Origin: Candidatus Hydrogenedentota bacterium
GTDB lineage: Bacteria > Hydrogenedentota > Hydrogenedentia > Hydrogenedentales > SLHB01
NCBI GenBank assembly: GCA_963674865.2
Contig: CAXXYE010000004.1
Location: forward strand, 192,001 to 256,000
Length of the DNA: 64,000 bases
Reading direction: 5' to 3'
A program made the position numbers and the translations under genes. This document shows, piece by piece, positions 56,007-64,000 of the stretch (positions are counted from its first letter, which is position 1; each line of letters begins with the position of its first letter). The notes beneath the pieces were generated by a model, which was not told where the DNA came from, did not search any database, and saw only the letters and a program-made list of their open reading frames with translations.

Positions 56007-57902
56007 CTACTCGGCGAGGTCGTCGGCCAGGCGCTCCCATTCGGCGTACATGTCTTGGAGGTCGCGCTTCATGGCCTCGTACTCATCCTTGAGGCTCTGG
56101 GCCTTTTCGTAGTCCGCCGGATCGACGTGTGCGAAGGCCGCCTCGCGCTCCTCGACCAGTTGTTCGAGGGCCTCGATATCGTGTTCGAGCCCTTCCAGTT
56201 CTCGCCGCAGTTTGCGGCGTTGATTCGCCTCGACGCGCGTCTTCTGCTTGGGCGTCTTCTTCCGGATACGCATGGCTTCGTCGGAAGTGGCCGCTGGCGT
56301 GTCGTCGGCCTTCTCGCCGCACTTCCAGCGATAGCGGGAGTAGTTGCCCTGGTGGAACGTCGCCTTGCCGTCAGCCACGATGACCAGGTTCTCGACGAGC
56401 CGGTCGATAAGCGCTCGATCATGGGACACGATGACCATCGAGCCGGGGAACTCCGCCAAAGCCCCTTCGAGCGCCTCCCGCGAGGCGATGTCAAGGTGGT
56501 TCGTCGGCTCGTCCAGCAGCAGCACATTGGCCTGACTGAGGATCAGTTTCGCGATGGCCACGCGGCTCAATTCCCCGCCGCTGAGCGTCCCGATGCGCTT
56601 GAAGATGTCATCGCCGGTGAAAAGAAACCGGCCCATGAACGTGCGGACCTGCTCCGGCGAGAAGTCCGGCCGCAAGGCCTGTATCTCGGCGAGGATATGG
56701 TTCTCCTGGTTCATGCTCTCGTGCTTCTGCTCGTAGAAACCGAGAGAAACCTTGTGCCCGAGCCGCACGTGGCCGTGGCCGCCTTCGAGCCGGCCCGCGA
56801 GATGGCGGAGCAGCGTGGTCTTGCCCGAGCCGTTGGGGCCGATCAGCCCGATGCGTTCGCCGCGATGCAGCGCCAACGACACATCCGCGTACAGGCTCAG
56901 GTCGCCGTAGGCCATGGCCAGGTCTTTCGCAGTGATGACCGCGGCGCCGCTGCGCACCACGTCGCCCGTGCGTAGCCGCATGGTCTTTGCCTCGGCCGCG
57001 GGGGGCTCGACACGCTCAAGTTTCTCAAGGCGTTTGATGCGGCTCTGGACCTGCCGCGCCTTGGTTTCCTTGTAGCGGAACCGGTTGATCCAGGCCTCCT
57101 CTTTCTGGATGAACTCCTGCTGCCTGGTGAAGGCCTTCTCATGCTGTTCCCGGAGCAGCGCCTTTCGGCCAAGATAGGCGTCGTAATTGCCCGTGTACTT
57201 CACCAACTCGCACCGTTCCACCTCGACGATGCGCTCCGCGACGATGTTCAGCATCCGGCGGTCGTGGGAGATGATGACGAGCGCGCGGGGCCATGCTTTG
57301 AGGAAGGTTTCGAGCCACTCGCGGGCGCTCAGGTCGAGATGGTTCTCCGGCTCGTCGAGCAGGAGGAGGTCGGCGTCCTCGAGTAGGACGAGGGCCAACA
57401 TGAGGCGGGTGGTCTGGCCGCCGCTCAACGCTCGCGCCGCGAGGTCAAAGTCCTCGGTGGTGAAGCCCAGCCCGTGGAGGACCTGCTTCACGCGCGTTCG
57501 GAACGTGTATCCGCCGCGCGTGGAGAAGGTGTCTTGGAGCCGGCTGTAGGCCTTCATGACCGACGGGTCGCCATCGCTCATGCGGTGTTCCAGCTCGTTC
57601 AACTCGCGCTCCATGGACTGGAGATCGGCGAAGGAGTGCATCACCACGTCGAAGATGGTGTCCGTGGGGCCCACCTGGGGGATCTGACGTAGGCATGCGA
57701 CTCTCATCTTCCGCATGCGCTCGACGGTTCCGGAGTCAGGCGGGATCTCGCCGGTGATTAGGCGAAATACCGTCGTCTTTCCTGTGCCGTTTCGGCCGAT
57801 CAGGCCGATCTTCTCGCCATCTTCGACGCGGAAGTCGACCTTGTCGAGCACCGGCTGGCCGGCGAAGAATTTCGTAATGTTTTCGAGGCGTACTAAGCTC
57901 AT
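56007..57902 (-). CDS. ABC-F family ATPase
   Basis: GRNGTGKT and GPNGSGKT, LSGG twice, LLDEPENHLD / LLDEPTNHLD, no TMs, coiled-coil tail. Confidence 0.94.
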   Translation of the reverse strand: MSLVRLENITKFFAGQPVLDKVDFRVEDGEKIGLIGRNGTGKTTVFRLITGEIPPDSGTVERMRKMRVACLRQIPQVGPTDTIFDVVMHSFADLQSMERELNELEHRMSDGDPSVMKAYSRLQDTFSTRGGYTFRTRVKQVLHGLGFTTEDFDLAARALSGGQTTRLMLALVLLEDADLLLLDEPENHLDLSAREWLETFLKAWPRALVIISHDRRMLNIVAERIVEVERCELVKYTGNYDAYLGRKALLREQHEKAFTRQQEFIQKEEAWINRFRYKETKARQVQSRIKRLEKLERVEPPAAEAKTMRLRTGDVVRSGAAVITAKDLAMAYGDLSLYADVSLALHRGERIGLIGPNGSGKTTLLRHLAGRLEGGHGHVRLGHKVSLGFYEQKHESMNQENHILAEIQALRPDFSPEQVRTFMGRFLFTGDDIFKRIGTLSGGELSRVAIAKLILSQANVLLLDEPTNHLDIASREALEGALAEFPGSMVIVSHDRALIDRLVENLVIVADGKATFHQGNYSRYRWKCGEKADDTPAATSDEAMRIRKKTPKQKTRVEANQRRKLRRELEGLEHDIEALEQLVEEREAAFAHVDPADYEKAQSLKDEYEAMKRDLQDMYAEWERLADDLAE

Positions 57903-58033
57903 GATCATAGAAAAGCCACGGGCAACCGGCCCGTGGCGCCGTTGAAGAAGCCGTCCGAAGTATAGCGCACCTATGCGCAGGCTATCCAAGACTTGGGCGT
58001 GTGAGGCATGCTGACCGTAGCCTGTTCTTGGAC

Positions 58034-58096
58034 GCGGAAAGCGCGGGACAGACACGTCTCTGCTCCGCTTCGCTTGTGTCGGTCCCCGCTTTCCGC
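58034..58096. repeat. intact REP-like hairpin (same family as 32356-32572)
   Basis: GCGGAAAGCG-C-GGGAC-A-GACAC ... GTGTC-G-GTCCC-CGCTTTCCGC. Confidence 0.75.
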
Positions 58097-58106
58097 CACT
58101 TGGAAC

Positions 58107-59192
58107 TTACTGGGCCTCGATGAGTTCCTCGTACACGCGGAGGTTGCCCTCGACCATCTTGTCGACGGTGAAACGCTCGTGGACGAGGGCCTGCCCGTTG
58201 CTGCCGAGCGCGGCGGCCAGGTTCGGTTCGCGAAATACGCGAACGATGGCGTCTGCCAATGCTTCGGGCGCCTGCACCGGGGCCAGCAGGCCGGTGCGCT
58301 CATGCTCGACCATCTCGGGTATGCCGCCGCCGGCCGTGGCCACTACCGGCAGGCCGCAGGCCATGGCGTCAAGAACCGACGTTCCGAGGCCTTCCTCCTT
58401 GCTCGACAAGACAAAGGCGTCCACCGTGCGCAGGATGGCGGGAACATCATTTCGATATCCCAGGAGATGAACGGAGCCGCCGATGTCCAGGCCGGCGATC
58501 AGGCTTTCCACGTCAGGGCGCAGCTTGCCCTCGCCGGCTATCACGAGATGCAAGTCCGGCAACGCGCTGAGAACGGCCGGCATCGCCGCGAGCAGCGTCG
58601 CGTGATCCTTGTGGCCGACCAGCGCCGCCACGTTGCCGAGGAGTGGAACTCCTTCAGGAACGCCAAGTTCGTCTCGGGGCAGCGGAGCGACGTCGAAGCG
58701 GGCCGGGTCAATGCAACTGTGGACGATGCGGAGCCGCGCTTCGTCCACGCCAAACTGGCGCAAAACGTCGGCGATTCGGTTCGAAATCGCGACAATTCGG
58801 TCGGGAAGGCGGTATTTCCAGCGCGAAAAGGGGGCGTTGCTGGGCGCGAAATCCACCCGGCGCGACACGACGACCTTCCCTTGTCCCGCTAGGTGGCGCG
58901 CGAGGCAGGCCAGTGTGTGGGCGTGACTCGAGTGGGCGTGTAGGATATCGATGTTGAAACGCCGGACGGCCTTGGCGAGCCGCCACGCCGTCCATAGGTC
59001 CACTTCGCCCAGGAATGGTGCAGGAATACGGGCGATGGGCTCCTCGCCGTAATCGTATCCAACAAACGGCTCGTTGGTGCGGCCGGCCACCAAGGCAGCA
59101 TGGCCGCGCTGTGCAAGGCCGCGGATGAGGTAGGCGGCCTGTTGTTCGCCGCCCCGCCAGCCGCGCTGTTCATCGATGTGCAAGACGTTCAC
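58107..59192 (-). CDS. glycosyltransferase family 4
   Basis: WRGGEQQ, HKDH, EGLGTSVLDAMACGLPVVAT..GGIPE; GTG start after GAGGT. Confidence 0.92.
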   Translation of the reverse strand: MNVLHIDEQRGWRGGEQQAAYLIRGLAQRGHAALVAGRTNEPFVGYDYGEEPIARIPAPFLGEVDLWTAWRLAKAVRRFNIDILHAHSSHAHTLACLARHLAGQGKVVVSRRVDFAPSNAPFSRWKYRLPDRIVAISNRIADVLRQFGVDEARLRIVHSCIDPARFDVAPLPRDELGVPEGVPLLGNVAALVGHKDHATLLAAMPAVLSALPDLHLVIAGEGKLRPDVESLIAGLDIGGSVHLLGYRNDVPAILRTVDAFVLSSKEEGLGTSVLDAMACGLPVVATAGGGIPEMVEHERTGLLAPVQAPEALADAIVRVFREPNLAAALGSNGQALVHERFTVDKMVEGNLRVYEELIEAQ

Positions 59193-60327
59193 GGTGTACC
59201 TCGATGGCGCATCGGTAAGCTTCGACAGTTCGAGTCGCGAATACCTGGACGGTGAACTCGCGGAGGACGCGTTCCCGTCCCGCGCAGCCCATCCGTCCGC
59301 GCAGGCCCGGGTCGCGCGCAAGTTGGGCGATGGCGTCGGCCAATGGCTCGACGGTGGCGGTCGGCACTACGAAGCCTTCCTCGCCGTCGTTGACGATCTC
59401 CTTGAGTCCGCCGTAATCCGAGGCAACGACGGGCTTCTCGGCGGCCATCTGCTCCTTGAGGCTGAACGAGGAGGTATCGCAATCGATGGACGGCTGCACG
59501 CCGATGTCGAATGCCTGGGTGCAGTATGCCATGTCACAACGAAAGCCCGCGAAGGTAACCATCGGGGCGATTCCCAAGTCTTGGGTGAGTTCCCGGAGTT
59601 CTGCATCAAGTCGGCCTTCCCCGAGTACAAGGACACGTAGGTGGGGGAGGGTCGGCTCGAGCTGGGCGATGGCCTTGAACAGGAACTCGTGCCCTTTGGC
59701 CGGGACAAGGCGGGCGGCGATGCCGCAGACGATGTGTTCGTCGGAGTAGCCAAAGGCGCGCCGGGCCTTGACGCGGGCATCCGTGTCGGGCCGAAACAGC
59801 TCGGCGTCGACGCCGTTATGGATGGAGCGCATCCGGGCGGCGTCGAAGGCTTTGAGCCGCGCGAGGTCCTGTCGCACCACGTCGCACACGACGATCTGGT
59901 AGTCCGTCCAGGCGCGGTTGAGGATACGGTTCGGCAGATGGTCCGACACGGGATAGGTATTGTGCCTCGTGCGAACCAGGCACGTGCGCCGGCCCAAGAA
60001 ACGGTTTGCTAAGGCCCAGACCCAGTGGTCTTGAGAGCCGCTGACATGGATTACGTCGGGATGCTCCGTGGTGATAAAGCGCCGTGCCTGCGCGAGGTCG
60101 TTTGCCCATGCGCGGGGATGCAGGCCGCTCCGGAAGAAGAACGTGTCGCGACACGCGGCGCCCGCCTCGGACGCTCGCTCGACGAGGATGCTGCCCGGTT
60201 TGCAGGCTACGGTGACGGCGTGGCCGAGGAGCACGAGTTGCCGGGAGAGGTTGGCGAGGTAGCGGACCTGGCCGCCGCCTTTGAGATGAGGGTCGGAGAT
60301 AAGGACCTTGAGGGATTGTGCGGCCAC
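59170..60327 (-). CDS. glycosyltransferase family 4
   Basis: GGGQ, IHNGVD, ARLVPAKGH, DTSSFSLKEQMAAEKPVVASDYGG. Confidence 0.92.
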   Translation of the reverse strand: MAAQSLKVLISDPHLKGGGQVRYLANLSRQLVLLGHAVTVACKPGSILVERASEAGAACRDTFFFRSGLHPRAWANDLAQARRFITTEHPDVIHVSGSQDHWVWALANRFLGRRTCLVRTRHNTYPVSDHLPNRILNRAWTDYQIVVCDVVRQDLARLKAFDAARMRSIHNGVDAELFRPDTDARVKARRAFGYSDEHIVCGIAARLVPAKGHEFLFKAIAQLEPTLPHLRVLVLGEGRLDAELRELTQDLGIAPMVTFAGFRCDMAYCTQAFDIGVQPSIDCDTSSFSLKEQMAAEKPVVASDYGGLKEIVNDGEEGFVVPTATVEPLADAIAQLARDPGLRGRMGCAGRERVLREFTVQVFATRTVEAYRCAIEVHRERLAHR

Positions 60328-63068
60328 TAGATCTCCAGGACCTTCTCGGCTTCCAGGCGGGGCAAGTGCTCGATGAAGATGCCGCGAAAGGCGATTGCGT
60401 CAATATGCCTGGCAAAGAGGACAATGCGGTTGGACTCGCCGAATTCGAGTTGACTGCCCGCCTCAAAGAAATAGGCGACCACCGGGTAGGGGTTGGGCGA
60501 GAAGCCATCCCAGGCCGCAATCGCCGGGTAGACCTCTTGTTCGCACCCGTTAACCCAGGCCTTGAGGCCAAGATTCAGGGAGGTCAGATCGATGCCGCAC
60601 TTGATGGGCGAAGAGGTCATGTAGCCTTCGGGAATGCCTGGAACGCGCGAGGAGGTCCGTATGGGGTCGAAGGCGGCCGGCGGCTCGACGCGGATCACGA
60701 AGAAGAGGCGTTCGGGATAGGTCCAGCAGGGGCGGTGCAGTGTGAAGGGCGAAGTGTCGACGTGTTCACGATACACTTCGGGTATCGAGTAGTCGGCGGA
60801 GAGCCAGATGTTGCGATCTACTTGCACCGTTTGGGACCAGGGCGCATCGGAGAAGCCGTTTTGCAGCGAGAGGGAGGTTCCGTGCCGCAAAGGCTCCTGC
60901 CTAAACGACCAGGCTTCAATGCGGTCCGGGCACGTGGTGCCCGGGAACTGGATCTGTCGTTTGGAGAATTTGCCTTGGGCACGGATGCCGACCTGGCAGC
61001 GACTGCCGGGAACACCGGCCAATGTGACTTTGCCGTCTTCGTCCTTCTTAGCGCAAGCTCCGAAGACCTCGGGTCGTTTCCGCTTCGTCGAGGCGGGGGA
61101 GCGGCGTACCGCCTCAATGACGCGTGCCTCCCTTGGCTCGAGGGCAACGGCGAGGACGCCGTCGCGCCTAAACAGGCCGTCGTTCGGGCCGAGATAGTTG
61201 AATTCTCTTGGATAGAGTTCCCGCAAGACATAGCCGGAATCATGACTTAGGTTGAGCTTTAGCCGGGCTTCCTGCGGGTCGTAGGTGTTGTTGAACAGGA
61301 AGACCAGGGCGCCGCGTTCGCTTGTGTAGCTGTATCCGTCGACGGCGCCCAATCCGGGTTCGTCGAGTATTTCCTCAACGTCCAGCAATTCGTTGAGGTG
61401 TTCCTTTTCCCATTGGAGCCATTTCTTCGCGAATGCGCGGTCCTCGGGACTCAGATTCGTGGGAATGGCATGGAAACGGTGGCGCAAGCCCGTGGCGATG
61501 GCCGAAATGAGGCTATAGCGCCAACCGTCGGCGTCGTGGTAGAGATACCAGGGGTAATGCTCCGTGCCGGGGTAGGGCGCGTCGGGACTGGCTTCGGGCA
61601 CTACACCGACGGCGTTTCCTAGCCGGCACTTGGGGAGAAGGAAGTCGTGGGAGCGGCGGAAGTAGAGCCGGCCCATGTCGGCGAAGAGGCGGGCCACGTG
61701 CAGATCCGGGAGCGGCAGGGGATGTTCTTCGACCAGCGGCGGGACGCTGTCGAAGAGGCGGGCGAGCCCGGCGCCGTAGCTGCCGTAGGGGCGGCCGCAG
61801 CGGACGTGTCCGAAGCTCTCTCGCAGTGCTTCGGAGGTTTCGACGAGTCCCTCAAATGCCTTCTGAATCGACTCCGGGCCAATGGCGTGCCCGTGGCCGG
61901 CGCTGTAGCAGGCAACGATGGGCGCGCCGCGGACTTCCACATCGACGAAGCGGTGCTCGTCCATGAGTTCGATGTACCGATCGACGAGGGAGTCGCGGAA
62001 CTCCTCGCAGGCGTAGCAGGGGCCAAAATCGGGGCTTGCGGGCCCGCCATTCTGGGCGAGCGCCACCCAGCTCAGGTTCGGGGACTTCTCCCGTGCAATG
62101 ACTAAGGCGGCTCGAATACCTTCCTTTCGCATGCGTGTCTTGAACGCCTCTACAAAGGGGTAGGCGTCGAGGGAGGCAAGCATTCTCGGGACGAGGACAT
62201 GCCTTACTCCGAGCCACTTGCACTGGTCGAGTAGTTCAAACTCGCTCACGCCGAGAATGTCTTCATCCGGGCCCTTGAGTTCCCAGAAGGGCAGTTCCGA
62301 GGCGCCGCAGCCGAGCTGAAGGTATTCGTGAAACCACTGCCGCTCGCCCAGGTCAAGTTCGGCGCCGGACTCATGATAGACGTTTGCCCGCCGCCGTCCG
62401 GTGAGGGTGTATACGCCGAGGTCGACGGCAAGCGCCTGGAAGCTCCTACCGGGCTCGAGTGCTTCGCCAGGGCAATAGTCGAGGGTGAATGAATGCCCTT
62501 CGAGGGAGGCGTTGTAGCCTGCGAAGTCGCCGCAGTAGAAAATGCCTCCCTTCTTCCCGCGGACAAAGGCAACGGGGAAGTACATGCCGGCATCGTGGAG
62601 TAGAACGTCGCAGTCCTCAGGGACTTGCGGGCGGAATAGGCAGACGCGCTGGAGAGTGGCTCGCTTCTTGAGGTCGTGAAAAACGATTGATTTCTGGAAG
62701 AAATGATGGCCCCGGTGTACGGAATAGGCCAATTCGATGTCGAACCAGTCGAAAGACGCGTGGGTGGCCAAGCAGGCCACATCCGCCGAGCCGCGCGTCT
62801 CGAAGTTGGTGAATGCCGCCCCGGAAGTGTTGGCCTTTCCGGTATCGAAGTAGACTTCGAAGGGGCTGAATCTGAGCTGGATTTCTTCGCCGGTGAGTTT
62901 GTTGGCGACGATGCCTAACTTGTTCCCTTCCTGGCGGAAGTCAATCCTCAGCTCGATAAGGCCGTTGCCGAGCACGCCGGTTTGTTCGTCGGCGCGCACA
63001 TAGGCGGGTGCGCGCTGGGCCGTGGCGTCCCTGAGCCGCAGGCGGGGATGGAGTGTCGCTTGACGCAT
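60327..63068 (-). CDS. large hypothetical protein, glycoside-hydrolase (GH36/clan D)-like architecture
   Basis: 913-aa ORF with GAGGAGGT RBS; N-terminal LGNGLIELRI beta domain, GPCYAC...CYSAGHGH, VDGYSY...VFLFNN. Confidence 0.7.
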   Translation of the reverse strand: MRQATLHPRLRLRDATAQRAPAYVRADEQTGVLGNGLIELRIDFRQEGNKLGIVANKLTGEEIQLRFSPFEVYFDTGKANTSGAAFTNFETRGSADVACLATHASFDWFDIELAYSVHRGHHFFQKSIVFHDLKKRATLQRVCLFRPQVPEDCDVLLHDAGMYFPVAFVRGKKGGIFYCGDFAGYNASLEGHSFTLDYCPGEALEPGRSFQALAVDLGVYTLTGRRRANVYHESGAELDLGERQWFHEYLQLGCGASELPFWELKGPDEDILGVSEFELLDQCKWLGVRHVLVPRMLASLDAYPFVEAFKTRMRKEGIRAALVIAREKSPNLSWVALAQNGGPASPDFGPCYACEEFRDSLVDRYIELMDEHRFVDVEVRGAPIVACYSAGHGHAIGPESIQKAFEGLVETSEALRESFGHVRCGRPYGSYGAGLARLFDSVPPLVEEHPLPLPDLHVARLFADMGRLYFRRSHDFLLPKCRLGNAVGVVPEASPDAPYPGTEHYPWYLYHDADGWRYSLISAIATGLRHRFHAIPTNLSPEDRAFAKKWLQWEKEHLNELLDVEEILDEPGLGAVDGYSYTSERGALVFLFNNTYDPQEARLKLNLSHDSGYVLRELYPREFNYLGPNDGLFRRDGVLAVALEPREARVIEAVRRSPASTKRKRPEVFGACAKKDEDGKVTLAGVPGSRCQVGIRAQGKFSKRQIQFPGTTCPDRIEAWSFRQEPLRHGTSLSLQNGFSDAPWSQTVQVDRNIWLSADYSIPEVYREHVDTSPFTLHRPCWTYPERLFFVIRVEPPAAFDPIRTSSRVPGIPEGYMTSSPIKCGIDLTSLNLGLKAWVNGCEQEVYPAIAAWDGFSPNPYPVVAYFFEAGSQLEFGESNRIVLFARHIDAIAFRGIFIEHLPRLEAEKVLEI

Positions 63069-63102
63069 TATCCGCACCTCCTCTCACCCCAACCCGTTTC
63101 CT

Positions 63103-63132
63103 ATTCTACCAAATCACACTGGCCACAGTCAA
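63103..63132 (-). promoter_or_regulatory. sigma70-type promoter
   Basis: On the minus strand TTGACT-N18-TAGAAT with an extended TG. Confidence 0.55.
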
Positions 63133-63266
63133 TATCTGCCGCTTAACACGCTGACATGTAATGCCTTACATATTGACCGCGATGACATCCCAGGGCGGCT
63201 TGAATGATGCAAAGGGAAAGGGTATCGGTGGGGCAGGGCGCTGTAGCTGTGCGGCGCAATCGGGCT

Positions 63267-63491
63267 CTACGGTGTTTCCTGGGTTTCTTCTGACTTGCCT
63301 GAATCGTTGGGGGCGGTGGGGGAAGCGGGTGCATCCTCAGGGCCTTCGCTTTCAGGTTTCTCGTAAGAGCTGAGGAGTTCGTCCACACTGGCGTTGACTT
63401 CATCAAGGGCGCCCATCGCGGTGTCCAGTTCCCCGTCGATAGCCGCGAGATCATCGTCTCGACGCACGGAAATCTTGGTTTTCTTGGCCAT
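63267..63491 (-). CDS. small acidic hypothetical protein (74 aa)
   Basis: MAKKTKISVRRDDDL... after an AGGAAG RBS-like sequence; helical middle and disordered tail. Confidence 0.6.
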   Translation of the reverse strand: MAKKTKISVRRDDDLAAIDGELDTAMGALDEVNASVDELLSSYEKPESEGPEDAPASPTAPNDSGKSEETQETP

Positions 63492-63568
63492 GTCTGCTTC
63501 CTGATGCTCACTCTGGGCCTTCAGCGGCCCAATGGGGGCGTAATCTAGGTACTGGCGGCGTCTGGGCG

Positions 63569-64000
63569 CTAGAAGGCGGGCACGGGCGCGGCCTTCAGGT
63601 CGCGCGTGAATCCGGCCAGCAACTCCCGCCGCTCCACCATTGACTCGGGACCTCCCACGCTGGCGAGCACCTGCCAAGCCTCGCCGTCCTGACACGCAGC
63701 GGGAAGGTTGTCGGGGTCTTCCCAATTGTCCTCGTGCGCCGCGAGGTTGGCGATGCGAATGAGGGCGGCCAGCTTGGCATCCTTTGCATCGCTAAGGGGA
63801 CGGCTCTCATTGGGATGATGGAGCCAGAGGGCGTCCACCAGTGTGCTGGGGAGGTTCCAGCGGCAGGCGAGGGCCGCGCCGGCCTCGGCGTGGTTGAAGC
63901 CCAATTCCCTGGCCTCAAGCGCAAAGAGCGGCTCCGAAGGGGCTGTGCGGGCCTTGGTGTCGACCTGGGCGTACACGGCGCGCAATTGGCGCGCGAGAAC
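63569..64000 (-). CDS. HDOD domain protein (3' part; 5' end outside window)
   Basis: E..ELGFNHAEAGAALACRWNLP..LVDALWLHHP. Confidence 0.85.
   Translation of the reverse strand, partial: VLARQLRAVYAQVDTKARTAPSEPLFALEARELGFNHAEAGAALACRWNLPSTLVDALWLHHPNESRPLSDAKDAKLAALIRIANLAAHEDNWEDPDNLPAACQDGEAWQVLASVGGPESMVERRELLAGFTRDLKAAPVPAF

Overview
A GC-rich (roughly 60-65% by eye), gene-dense bacterial chromosomal window with about 50 CDS and no rRNA, tRNA or CRISPR array that I can see. In order: ptsI; an oxidative-stress/iron cluster (rubredoxin, zwf, desulfoferrodoxin, ferritin, rubrerythrin-like); a MarR-ablA-Na+/solute symporter-ablB osmolyte operon; an extended MoxR/DUF58/BatA-E operon running into glnD and degP; a REC-PAS-GGDEF gene, AEC transporter, TPR, YfhO-like and EEP genes; a MITE inserted into a REP-like hairpin; two homopolymer-frameshifted genes; a minus-strand operon (GH38-like, deoxyhypusine-synthase-fold-like unknown, GmhA-like SIS, erythrin-VIT1); a ~5.3 kb lower-GC island (sugar-ABC binding protein and permeases without ATPase, an orphan membrane protein, a methyltransferase); alaS-yqgF-mltG; an ECF sigma with an unusual anti-sigma; ABC-F; two GT4s with a large GH36-like unknown; and a partial HDOD gene. 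The two best candidates for undescribed systems are (1) the operon whose GH38-like protein has Phe where the catalytic nucleophile Asp is expected, and (2) the anti-sigma carrying a GspC-like domain plus two pilin/H-X9-DG-like modules. All family calls come from reading motifs by eye; no searches were run.
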